Shown here: positions 28,724 to 37,731 of the stretch, in pieces
Position numbering within the stretch: position 1 is the first letter of the stretch
How the letters are laid out: the number at the start of each line of letters is the position of its first letter
Assembly (NCBI GenBank): GCA_045614605.1
Contig: JAZLDH010000018.1
Coordinates: forward strand, 67,258-131,257
Source: Candidatus Onthomorpha sp.
GTDB taxonomy: Bacteria; Bacteroidota; Bacteroidia; Bacteroidales; P3
Reading direction: 5' to 3'
Length of the DNA: 64,000 nucleotides
Translations under genes and position numbers: made by a program
The notes under the pieces: generated by a model
What the model was told of the DNA's origin: nothing
Seen by the model: only the letters and a program-made list of their open reading frames with translations
Database searches by the model: none

Positions 28724-30850
28724 ATGAGCAGTAATCCACAATTAGAATTTGCGAGAAAATATATTGAACAAACCAATATCAATATTTTTCTCACAGGAAA
28801 AGCAGGAACAGGTAAGACAACTTTTTTAAAAAGTCTTAAAGATACATTATTTAAACGTTACGTAGTACTTGCACCAACGGGTATTGCGGCATTGAATTGC
28901 GAAGGAGTGACCATACACTCCTTTTTTCAATTAGATTTCTTGCCATATATTCCCGGCGGTGTGGTAAAACGTAAACAAATCCGCACAAACAAACTCAATT
29001 TGATTAGAAGCCTTGAACTAATTGTGATAGATGAAATCTCAATGGTAAGGGCTGATGTCTTAGACCAAATAGATGTTATTTTAAGAAAGCTTCGCAAAAC
29101 AGAAAGTCATAAACCCTTTGGAGGCGTTCAGCTATTAATGATAGGCGATTTAAGTCAATTACCACCCGTAGCAAAGCAAGAAGAATGGGATTTTCTAAAA
29201 CAATATTACCAAACACCATATTTCTTTTCCTCACGCGTATTGCAAGAAACACGTTATCAGACAATCACCCTACAACACATATATCGTCAAAGCGATTCTC
29301 GTTTTATCAATATCCTCAACCACGTTAGAGATAATATCATAACGAAAGAAATTATAAATCAATTAAACGAGAGATACAACCCCTTAATATTTACTCAAAA
29401 CAACGATGGCTTTATCATTCTTTGTTCGCATAACCATCAGGCAAACAAGATAAACGAGGATAAACTAATGCTAATCAAAAACAAATCCTACACTTTTAAA
29501 GCAGAAATCGAAGGAGAATTTGACTATCGATTGTTTCCAAATGCAGAAGTATTAGAATTGAAAGAAGGAGCGCAGGTAATGTTTTTGAAAAACGACTACG
29601 ACACGCCAATTGGTGAGAAACGCCGATACTACAACGGCACAATAGGAAAGATAGTAGAACTTAGTGAAGACAGAATAGTAGTAGAAAAAGACGAAGACGG
29701 ACAAAGAATAGAGGTAACAAAATATACATGGGAGAGATACAAGTATGAACTAAATAAAAAGACAAAAGAAATCAAACAAGAAGTGATTGGCTCTTTTACT
29801 CAATATCCTATAAAACTTGCATGGGCGATAACAATTCACAAAAGCCAAGGATTGACCTTTGAGAAAGCAATAATAGATGCCGACAACTCATTTGCACACG
29901 GTCAGTTTTACGTTGCACTTAGTAGATGTAGAAATTTAGAAGGTATGTATCTATCTAAACGATTCAATCCTAACGCTGTGATAACCGATGTATTGATTGA
30001 CAACTTCAACCTTGAACAAGAAAATAACCCTCCAACAGAAGAAGGATTTTTAAAAGACAATTTTCTTTACTATTCTCAGAATGTAAAAGAAATATTTAAT
30101 TGTGAGCAAATTAGGACTTTGAACGCAAAACTTTTCTACCTATGTGAACTTTACCTAAAAAGCGAAATAGGAGATAATTTCCTCACAATCCAAGACTACT
30201 ATAAAGAAATCGTTTCAGATATAGTACAAGTAGAAACAAAATTCCAAGCACAAATAGAACGTATCATAGAATACTCTTTTGCAAACTTAGAAACCAAAAC
30301 CCTATACGAAAGAGCAGTAAAAGCCGCTAAATATTTCTCTGAAAAAATAGAAATAATATACTCCTTAGTCTATTTCCTATCAAAATTAGAAGTAGAAGAA
30401 AACATAGGACAAGAAGACATAGAAGAAGTCTTACAAGAATTTATGATAGAAGTAGAGTTGAAACAAAGATATTTCAACTACTTAATAAACGAAGACTTTG
30501 ACCTAAAAGCCTTTCTTTCCTATAAATATAAATTATTAGCAATAGGCGACAAATTAGAATTAAAATCATATTCCTCTTTCGTTAGAAACATTAGCAAAAT
30601 CACAGAAATAGAAGACAAACCCAAAGACTTAGAACTCGATGACCTTTACCAAAAACTCAAAACATGGCGAAAAAACCAAGCCGATAGCGAAAAACTACCA
30701 GTCTTTTGCGTATTCTTAAACTCTGTCCTACAAGAAATAGTCAAAAAACGCCCAAAAACCATAATAGATTTAGGAAAAATCAAAGGATTAGGCGTGAAAA
30801 AAATAGAGAAATACGGAGAAGATATTTTAGAAATAGTCCTTAAAGACTAA
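28724..30850 (+). CDS. Pif1/RecD-like SF1 DNA helicase with C-terminal HRDC domain
   Basis: Walker A GKAGTGKTT, Walker B VIDEISMV, QLPPV and ITIHKSQGLTF motifs. C-terminal HRDC-like KLKTWRKNQA...VFLNSVLQEIV...IKGLGVKKIEKYG. ATG 28724 is preferred to TTG 28715. Confidence 0.85.
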   Translation: MSSNPQLEFARKYIEQTNINIFLTGKAGTGKTTFLKSLKDTLFKRYVVLAPTGIAALNCEGVTIHSFFQLDFLPYIPGGVVKRKQIRTNKLNLIRSLELIVIDEISMVRADVLDQIDVILRKLRKTESHKPFGGVQLLMIGDLSQLPPVAKQEEWDFLKQYYQTPYFFSSRVLQETRYQTITLQHIYRQSDSRFINILNHVRDNIITKEIINQLNERYNPLIFTQNNDGFIILCSHNHQANKINEDKLMLIKNKSYTFKAEIEGEFDYRLFPNAEVLELKEGAQVMFLKNDYDTPIGEKRRYYNGTIGKIVELSEDRIVVEKDEDGQRIEVTKYTWERYKYELNKKTKEIKQEVIGSFTQYPIKLAWAITIHKSQGLTFEKAIIDADNSFAHGQFYVALSRCRNLEGMYLSKRFNPNAVITDVLIDNFNLEQENNPPTEEGFLKDNFLYYSQNVKEIFNCEQIRTLNAKLFYLCELYLKSEIGDNFLTIQDYYKEIVSDIVQVETKFQAQIERIIEYSFANLETKTLYERAVKAAKYFSEKIEIIYSLVYFLSKLEVEENIGQEDIEEVLQEFMIEVELKQRYFNYLINEDFDLKAFLSYKYKLLAIGDKLELKSYSSFVRNISKITEIEDKPKDLELDDLYQKLKTWRKNQADSEKLPVFCVFLNSVLQEIVKKRPKTIIDLGKIKGLGVKKIEKYGEDILEIVLKD

Positions 30851-30871
30851 AATAAAATAGTTTTCTCTTAA

Positions 30872-31250
30872 CTTAACGCCAAATACGTAAAGAATTTTCA
30901 AACAAAAGATTTCTGATTGCAAATATTGAAAATATAAGCCTTTAAGCAAATGACACGAAATCAAAGACTTAACTTTTTAAAGCCTTAAATTTGCTGATTT
31001 TTCCTTTGATTTAACGTAGTTTTTGTCGCATTTTAGCGAAATAAGATCGGAGCAAACGACTCGTTTTCTCGGAAGAAAAATTTTTTTGTTCCGAGAAAAA
31101 AAAATTTTGCTCCGAAGAAAATTAACTAAGCCTCGATTTGAAGAAAATTTCCCTTGATTTTAGCCCAATTTTCGTCAGATTTTTTACAAAAAACTCAAAA
31201 ACAAAATTTCCTAAGAATAAAGATAAATTCCTTGAAATCTTATTTGAGAA
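30872..31250. repeat. Dispersed non-coding repeat, copy R2 (collinear with 13356-13700)
   Basis: CTTAACGCCAAATAC...TTTCTGATT (30872), CACGAAATCAAAGACTTAA (30955) and CGTAGTTTTTGTCGCATTTTAGCGAAATA (31015) sit at the same offsets as in R1. They are followed by CCGAG/CTAAG A/T-run hairpin words such as CTCGGAAGAAAAATTTTTTTGTTCCGAG. Confidence 0.65.
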
Positions 31251-31274
31251 AATCAAAACTTAATCTGCCTAATT

Positions 31275-31305
31275 TTTGCAGTTATTAAAAAATGTTTTAC
31301 CTTTG
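31275..31305 (+). promoter_or_regulatory. Bacteroidota sigma-A promoter (TTTG-N19-TAccTTTG) driving the structured RNA, copy A
   Basis: TTTG at 31275-31278, a 19-nt spacer, TACCTTTG at 31298-31305. Identical to the copy B promoter. Confidence 0.75.
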
Positions 31306-31310
31306 TGGGC

Positions 31311-31617
31311 AGAAATTTAAAACTAAAAAAAGGAGGACTAAAAGGAGCAAAAGAAAGACTATAATTTAGACTTAGTATTTTAATACGACATATAAAAGCG
31401 TTTTTGCTTATATTTGGTTGTATGAAACCTGCAAAATTTCATTAAAAACTAATCAAAAGATAAGTAAGACGCTCACGAGTAATATCGTGGGCTTATCTTA
31501 TTTGATTAGTTAGGTAATTGCAGGACCTCATACAACGATAAGAAGAAAGTCCCACGTTTTTTATGCCTTTGAGTCAAAGAAAGAAATAACATATCGCCAT
31601 TTGGGACTTAGGCAAAG
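31311..31617 (+). ncRNA. Unclassified structured RNA or long 5' leader, copy A
   Basis: No conserved ORF. A 122-nt extended hairpin at 31416-31537. A 3' pairing AAGTCCCA (31547-31554) / TGGGACTT (31602-31609). Collinear homology with the reverse complement of 63388-63697, with compensatory substitutions in every stem. Confidence 0.7.
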
Positions 31618-31662
31618 AAAGAAAAAACAAATTTAAATTAATAATTTAAAAATTTAAATAAA

Positions 31663-32280
31663 ATGAAACAACAAGAAAGAAAGTTAAGAGATAAGAGAGA
31701 GTTTATTAAATATTTATTATTAGATATTATTACTTTGGGTTTTTATGAAGCGTTTATGCTTTCTAATATTTCAAAAGAAATAAACTTGATTTCAAAAGAC
31801 GGAAAACGTACAATGAATTATTTGCCACTATTTTTAATGTTTGTTGGTGGTGTTATGCTTTGGGTTATTGTGTATTTTCTTACAAAGAATTTGTTGGTTA
31901 TTGACCCAGACTTATGGAGTGAAAAGGATTTAACAACAGTGATTACAGCTTCGTTTGTTGCTCTTTTAGGGTTTTTACTAATTATAATAATTGGTATAAG
32001 TATCATTGTTTGGATGTGTCGTATTACTAAAAGAATTTCAAACGAATTAAGTGTTAGAAACATAGATGCTAAATTCAGTGCTAAAACTTTTTGGCTTTTC
32101 TATTTTGTTTATCTTGTGTATGAGATGATTTGTTCTGGTGTTTGTGATGTTTTAGGAATTAAACTTGTTTGGGTATACGTTATTTGTTTACCTGGTTATA
32201 TTTTATACTATACATTTATGTTTAAGTTAATAAAGGCAATGAATTTATTAAACGCAGACTACAACCAAAAAGGGGAATAA
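31663..32280 (+). CDS. Small multi-pass membrane protein with DUF4234-like N-terminal segment
   Basis: 205 aa, about 5 TM segments. FIKYLLLDIITLGFYEAFMLSNISKEIN resembles the DUF4234 TxG(I/F)Y motif. Confidence 0.6.
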   Translation: MKQQERKLRDKREFIKYLLLDIITLGFYEAFMLSNISKEINLISKDGKRTMNYLPLFLMFVGGVMLWVIVYFLTKNLLVIDPDLWSEKDLTTVITASFVALLGFLLIIIIGISIIVWMCRITKRISNELSVRNIDAKFSAKTFWLFYFVYLVYEMICSGVCDVLGIKLVWVYVICLPGYILYYTFMFKLIKAMNLLNADYNQKGE

Positions 32281-32336
32281 TCAAATGAAAATTTGGTAAA
32301 AAGAAAATTGAATTAAAAATTAATAAATTAAAAGAA

Positions 32337-32780
32337 ATGGAAAAAAAATTAAACTTAGGATTGGAAATAATCTATTGGGGATTATTGCTTATGACGCTTT
32401 ATGTATTTCACTGTGCTTTGCATTGGTCTGGAATGGGAATAGTTGCACTTTGTTTAGTTCCTGTTGGAATTGCCTTAGGAATATGGCAAATAATCAGAGA
32501 AAAGAAAGCAGGTGAAAAAATGGCTGTTGTTATTTTAAACTTTTTAACAAAATTATGCTTATTTACAGGCTTAGTTTTTGTTGCACAACGTTGGCCAGGA
32601 GGTGGAGCATTTATGCTTTTTGCTTTTCTTCTTTATTTTGTTTCAGTTGCTGTTTCATCTTGCATTGCAGTTTATAAAGAAAGAAATGAAAAGTTGTACA
32701 TATTATTATTAATAGCAATATTATCGTATAGTTTTGGTGCTTTATTTTATAACGTATACGAATTACAAGGATTACAATAA
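32337..32780 (+). CDS. Small 4-5 TM membrane protein with duplicated (H/R)W(S/P)G motif
   Basis: 147 aa. LHWSGMG and QRWPGGG each follow a TM helix. This is possibly related to the GldL-N-like HWPG hairpin proteins (recalled from memory, weak). Confidence 0.55.
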   Translation: MEKKLNLGLEIIYWGLLLMTLYVFHCALHWSGMGIVALCLVPVGIALGIWQIIREKKAGEKMAVVILNFLTKLCLFTGLVFVAQRWPGGGAFMLFAFLLYFVSVAVSSCIAVYKERNEKLYILLLIAILSYSFGALFYNVYELQGLQ

Positions 32781-33172
32781 TGGATAAAGAAAATTTAAAA
32801 TTAGCATTATTAAGAATTGCTATTGCTTTGATTCTTTTTGAATTTGCTATAGGGGGTATTCTTCGCATTTTTGCTTTTGTAGCCTTTGAAGAGAATATAA
32901 GTAAAATGGTAATTTGTGGAGCTGTTAGTGTAATAGCTTTTGTTGTGAGTTTGTTTTTATTGAAAATACACAAACATCACAGATTAAAGTTAGATTACAA
33001 AAAAGGAAAGAGAAGATTAATCTTCGTATGTATAGGATTAATAGTTGCTGAATTGATAGTTAGTTTTTTAAGTAGATACTTTGCACTATATCTTTCCGCA
33101 TATTTAATAGTTACGATTGCAACAATTTTAACTTTTGTAGTAGATTTTCTTTGTTGTAAGCACAAAAAATAA
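32780..33172 (+). CDS. Small 4-TM membrane protein
   Basis: 130 aa. TAATG overlap with the upstream gene. Four hydrophobic helices. Confidence 0.55.
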   Translation: MDKENLKLALLRIAIALILFEFAIGGILRIFAFVAFEENISKMVICGAVSVIAFVVSLFLLKIHKHHRLKLDYKKGKRRLIFVCIGLIVAELIVSFLSRYFALYLSAYLIVTIATILTFVVDFLCCKHKK

Positions 33173-33183
33173 AGCATTAACTT

Positions 33184-33585
33184 ATGAATGCTAAAACAAA
33201 AAAGGTTGGTTACATCTTTTTATTGCTCGCAATAGTAGTAGTGTCTTTGATAATATTTCAAATAGTTACTCAAATAGATGCTCTTGATGAATATGAAAGT
33301 TATATTTCAATGCTTTTAGCCTTAGGTACGGGCTTATTGTTGAGATATGTATTTACAAGATACTGTAAACGACTTAATAGAAAAGATGAAACATACGAAA
33401 TTATTTCAAAAGAAGAGAGAAAGGCTCTCTTAACATTGATAATTTTATTTGTAACCCTTGCAATAGCGATGTTTTCAATTATAAATTTTCAAAATGATAT
33501 GTTTTTGACTTTTGTAGTTTTGATTTTCATCTTGGTTATTGCTGGTGGTCTTATTTTTAGATTATGGATTAAAGACCAAAAATAA
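33184..33585 (+). CDS. Small 4-TM membrane protein
   Basis: 133 aa, four hydrophobic helices. Starts 11 nt after the previous gene. Confidence 0.55.
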   Translation: MNAKTKKVGYIFLLLAIVVVSLIIFQIVTQIDALDEYESYISMLLALGTGLLLRYVFTRYCKRLNRKDETYEIISKEERKALLTLIILFVTLAIAMFSIINFQNDMFLTFVVLIFILVIAGGLIFRLWIKDQK

Positions 33586-33620
33586 TTAAATATATTTATT
33601 AACAAACAAATTTAAAGAGT

Positions 33621-36440
33621 ATGAAGAGAAAAATATTCTCATTATTGTTGTTGTGCTTGATGTTTAGCACGACTATGTTTGCTCAAAATAAAGAGATTCA
33701 ACTTAATCTTAATGAGCAAATAGAATTAAACGAAACAGTACGTACAGGAAAGTTGGAAAACGGATTGACGTATTTTGTAAAATCAAACAAAAAGCCTGAA
33801 AATCTTATTGAATTTCGTCTTGCAGTGAATGCAGGCTCTGTTTTAGAAGAAGATAATCAAGTTGGATTGGCTCACTTCTTGGAACACATGGGCTTTAATG
33901 GTTCAAAACATTTTCCAGGTAACACAATGGACGATGAAACTAAAAAGGCGGGTTCGTGGAATAATGCTTACACAAGTTTTGATGAGACTGTGTATATGAT
34001 AAACTTGCCAAAAGAACATCTTGACTTAGGTTTGAAAGTTTTAGACTCGTGGGCGTACGGAATGTTGCTTACAGGAGAAGAAATTGACAAAGAAAGAGGT
34101 GTGATTATTGAGGAATGGAGACGTAGTCAAGGTGGAGAAGAAAGAATGTGGAATGAAATAAAGAAGAAAATGTTGCAAGGTTCAAAATATGCTGATAGAA
34201 TGCCTATTGGAACTTTGGAAAATCTTCAAAATTTCAAATATTCTGACATTAGAAGTTTCTATGAAAAATGGTATAATTCCGATAATATGGCTGTGATTAT
34301 TGTTGGAGATTTCAATATTGACTCAATGGAGCAAAAGGTTGTTGATTATTTTAGAATGTCTCCAAAGACTTGCACTCAAACACAAAGACCATACATTGCT
34401 GTACCTAATAATAAAGAACCTATTATAGCTATTGCAAGTGATAAAGAGGCAACAAGCACAAGTATAGAATTGTATTACAAACACCCTTCTAAGGAAGTTA
34501 AAACAATTGCTGATTTTCGTGAACAACATTTAGTATATGGTTTGTTTGAAGTAATGTTTAATGATCGTCTTCAAGAAATTTCTGAAAAGAAATCTTGTCC
34601 TTATATGTATTCATACGCATATTATGGAGGCTTTATAGGTCGTAATCATTCTGCTTATACAACACGGATTTCTGCAAAAGAAGGAAAATTAATGGAATCC
34701 TTAGAATTGGTAATGTTAGAAAATAGAAGATTGCAACAACACGGCTTTTTGCAATCGGAGCTTGATAGAGCAAAAGATGAATTGTTGGAATCATACGATA
34801 GAAGTGCAAAAGAGGAATCAAAAACCAATAGTAGCAGTTTCGCAGATAGGTTAGTGTATTATTTTCTTGAAAACGAACCAATGCCAAGTGCAGATAAGAA
34901 AAACGAATGGGCAAAAGCGTTAATGGAAGATATTACTTTGGAAGAAGTAAATGCTCTTATCTCAAAATGGATTACAGAAGAAAATTTCGTTTGCACTATC
35001 ACAATGCCAGAAAAGAAAGGTATTAAAGTGCCAACAGAAGAAAATGTGTTGAAACTTATTGAAAAATGTAAGAAAGCAAGTACAAAACCTTGGATTGATA
35101 ATGTTAAAACAGAACCTTTCCTTGCACAAGAGCCAAAAGGTGGTAAGGTTGTAAGTCAAAATAAGAATGAAAAATTCGATTACACAGAATATACTCTTTC
35201 AAATGGTGCAAAAGTAATCTTAAAGAAAACAAACCACCAAAATGATCAAATCTTAACTCGTGCAGAATCAAAAGGAGGAAACTCATTGTATGAAGATAAA
35301 GATATGATGAATGTTGATTACGCTTCAAGTATAGTAAATTCGAGTGGAATCGGTACATACGACAATACTCAATTGATGAAATTTATGAAGGGTAAGTCAT
35401 TTGGTTTATATTCTTATATTTCTTCTATTAAGGAAGTAATAGACGGAAGTTGTGCTCCAAAAGATTTTGAAACACAATTGCAATATTTTTATTTAGTTTT
35501 TACTGCTCCAAGAATAGATAAGGAAGTTCTTGCAAGCGAAGTAGATAAATTGAAAAGTCGAATCAGTATGATGAAAAATGATCCTGAGTCTATTTTGTAT
35601 GAAAAGCAATATAAGGCTATGTATCCAAATGATAAGCGTAATATATACATACCTACTGAGGCTCAAATAAAGGAATTGAATACTGATAAGATGTTGAAAA
35701 TATTCAAAGAACGTTTCTCTGATGCTTCTGACTTTACTTTCACTTTCGTAGGTAATATTGACGAAAAAACAATGTTGCCTTTGATTGAAAAATATATTGG
35801 TGGACTTCCTTCTTCTAATGGTAAAAATGCAGAAATGTGGAAAGATCGTTCGCCTGATTTTGCAAAGGGTGTTGTAGATGAAACAGTTTATGTGGGAGAA
35901 GCTGAAAAAGGTATAACAACTATCGTATTTGAACATGAGTTTGATTATAATAATGACCGTTTGGCAACAGATGCTTTGAACGAAGTTTGTTATAATAAAT
36001 TATATGAAACAATTCGTGAAGAATTAAGTGGAACTTATACTCCTTCATTCTATTTGAGTTATTCTAAATATCCAAAATCAGAATTATATGCCTCATATAA
36101 TCTTGATTGCAACCCAAATACAATAGATCAACTTACACAAGCTACTTTTAAAGTTTTTGATAAAATTATTTCAGAAGGTATTTCTGAGGAAGATTTAATT
36201 AAAGCAAAAGAAACTTTGATATTAGATAGAAAGAAAAGTGTAGAAAACAATTATTTTTGGTTAAATCAAATTTTAGGAAGTAGGTTTAATGGATATGAAA
36301 TGCAAACTTTGGAAGAATATACTGCTGCGGTAAATGCTTTGACAGTAGAAGATATTAAAAAGGTTGCAGAAAAATATCTAAAACACGATGAGTATGTAAG
36401 AGTATCTCTTAAACCTGCTGCAATGAAATCTCAAAAATAA
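33621..36440 (+). CDS. M16 family (insulinase/pitrilysin-like) zinc peptidase, secreted
   Basis: 939 aa with a signal peptide. The inverted zinc motif HFLEHMGFNGS (HxxEH). Two M16 halves. Confidence 0.9.
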   Translation: MKRKIFSLLLLCLMFSTTMFAQNKEIQLNLNEQIELNETVRTGKLENGLTYFVKSNKKPENLIEFRLAVNAGSVLEEDNQVGLAHFLEHMGFNGSKHFPGNTMDDETKKAGSWNNAYTSFDETVYMINLPKEHLDLGLKVLDSWAYGMLLTGEEIDKERGVIIEEWRRSQGGEERMWNEIKKKMLQGSKYADRMPIGTLENLQNFKYSDIRSFYEKWYNSDNMAVIIVGDFNIDSMEQKVVDYFRMSPKTCTQTQRPYIAVPNNKEPIIAIASDKEATSTSIELYYKHPSKEVKTIADFREQHLVYGLFEVMFNDRLQEISEKKSCPYMYSYAYYGGFIGRNHSAYTTRISAKEGKLMESLELVMLENRRLQQHGFLQSELDRAKDELLESYDRSAKEESKTNSSSFADRLVYYFLENEPMPSADKKNEWAKALMEDITLEEVNALISKWITEENFVCTITMPEKKGIKVPTEENVLKLIEKCKKASTKPWIDNVKTEPFLAQEPKGGKVVSQNKNEKFDYTEYTLSNGAKVILKKTNHQNDQILTRAESKGGNSLYEDKDMMNVDYASSIVNSSGIGTYDNTQLMKFMKGKSFGLYSYISSIKEVIDGSCAPKDFETQLQYFYLVFTAPRIDKEVLASEVDKLKSRISMMKNDPESILYEKQYKAMYPNDKRNIYIPTEAQIKELNTDKMLKIFKERFSDASDFTFTFVGNIDEKTMLPLIEKYIGGLPSSNGKNAEMWKDRSPDFAKGVVDETVYVGEAEKGITTIVFEHEFDYNNDRLATDALNEVCYNKLYETIREELSGTYTPSFYLSYSKYPKSELYASYNLDCNPNTIDQLTQATFKVFDKIISEGISEEDLIKAKETLILDRKKSVENNYFWLNQILGSRFNGYEMQTLEEYTAAVNALTVEDIKKVAEKYLKHDEYVRVSLKPAAMKSQK

Positions 36441-36460
36441 AAATTAAATTAACAAAGAAT

Positions 36461-36497
36461 AAAGACTGTCTTATTAAAAGGCAGTCTTTTGTTTTTT
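36461..36497 (+). terminator. Rho-independent terminator
   Basis: Stem AAGACTG (36462-36468) / CAGTCTT (36482-36488), followed by TTTGTTTTTT. Confidence 0.65.
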
Positions 36498-36532
36498 GTG
36501 ATGTATAAAAAAATAAAAACTCTAAGAAAAAA

Positions 36533-37399
36533 TTATTCGTTTAAATAGGCTGCAAGTTTCTTGCAATGTTCGCTTGCTCTTATTCTTTTTAAGGCTCTTT
36601 CTTTGATTTGTCTTACTCTTTCGCGTGTTATGTTTTGTGCAATGGCGATTTCTTCAAGTGTCATGCCGTGTGCCATGCCTATTCCAAAGTATTGATAGAT
36701 GATGCTTCTTTCTTTTTCGTTCAATTCTGATAGTAGCATCGCTATTTCTGTTGAAAGGCTTTCTTTCATCATGGAATCGTCTGTTGTTTTGGCATCTTCT
36801 TCTACGTAAACGTCTATTAAATTTAGGTCTTCATCTTGAATGAGTGGTGCGTCCATAGAAATAGGTTTGTAGCCTATGTGCATGGCTTCTTTTACTTTGT
36901 CAAAACTCAAATCCATAAAGTCCGCAAGTTCTTCGTCTGAAGGTGTGCGTTCTAATTGTTGTTCAAGTAAAGAGGAGGACTTTTTAATTTTGTTTAAAGC
37001 ACCGACTTGGTTGAGAGGCAATCGTACCATTCTTGATTTTTCTGCAATTGCTTGAAGAATACTCTGACGAATCCACCACACAGCAAAAGAGATGAATTTG
37101 AATCCTCTTGTTTCGTCAAATTTTTGAGCAGCTTTAATCAATCCAATGTTACCTTCGTTGATAAGATCTGGTAGAGATAGACCTTGATTTTGGTATTGTT
37201 TTGCGACAGATACCACAAATCTTAAATTGGATTTAACTAATTTCTCCAAGGCTATTTGATCACCTGCTTTTATTCTTTGAGCTAATTTTACTTCTTCTTC
37301 AGGTGAGATTAACTCTTCTTTGCTTATGTCTTGCAGAAACTTATCTAATGAGCCTATGTTACGATTGGTGATTGATTTTATTATTTTTAACTGCCTCAT
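36533..37399 (-). CDS. rpoD: Primary RNA polymerase sigma factor (Bacteroidota sigma-A)
   Basis: 288 aa. Region 2 (FISFAVWWIRQSI) and region 4.2 (TLEEIAIAQNITRERVRQIKERALKRIR). A TAccTTTG box on the minus strand at 37441-37448. Confidence 0.93.
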   Translation of the reverse strand: MRQLKIIKSITNRNIGSLDKFLQDISKEELISPEEEVKLAQRIKAGDQIALEKLVKSNLRFVVSVAKQYQNQGLSLPDLINEGNIGLIKAAQKFDETRGFKFISFAVWWIRQSILQAIAEKSRMVRLPLNQVGALNKIKKSSSLLEQQLERTPSDEELADFMDLSFDKVKEAMHIGYKPISMDAPLIQDEDLNLIDVYVEEDAKTTDDSMMKESLSTEIAMLLSELNEKERSIIYQYFGIGMAHGMTLEEIAIAQNITRERVRQIKERALKRIRASEHCKKLAAYLNE

Positions 37400-37731
37400 G
37401 TCTTTGTCTTTATACTTTAAATATAGAGTTTATCAACGTGCAAAGGTATTGTCAAAGAAAAATTCTTGCAATAGTCTTTGAAAAAAGTTAATAACTTACT
37501 TATTAACAATTTAGTTTTTTATTATCTCTGTGTTTCCGTTTTTGTTTGATAAAACAAAGGTTTTCTTTCTTCTTTTTTTCTTCTGGCTTTATCGAAATAG
37601 TGGTTTGTGAAATTTTGTTTTATTCGTTGTAAGTGTTTATTTATATAACGCAAATTCGTGAAAAAATTGTGTTATTGTTAAAATAATCCTTAACTTTGCA
37701 AGTTATAAGATAAAAGAAATACATCTTAGAA

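Noticed and set aside
31422-31445. Mini-ORF ATGAAACCTGCAAAATTTCATTAA inside the copy A hairpin (a possible leader peptide).
   Set aside because: Copy B has ACG instead of ATG at the equivalent position, so the reading frame is not conserved. The bases are better explained as stem nucleotides.
32611-32973. 120-aa ORF on the minus strand.
   Set aside because: It is antisense to two of the small membrane-protein genes, which show coherent TM-helix periodicity and translational coupling on the plus strand.
35493-35936. 147-aa ORF on the minus strand.
   Set aside because: It is antisense to the M16 peptidase gene and has shadow-frame composition.
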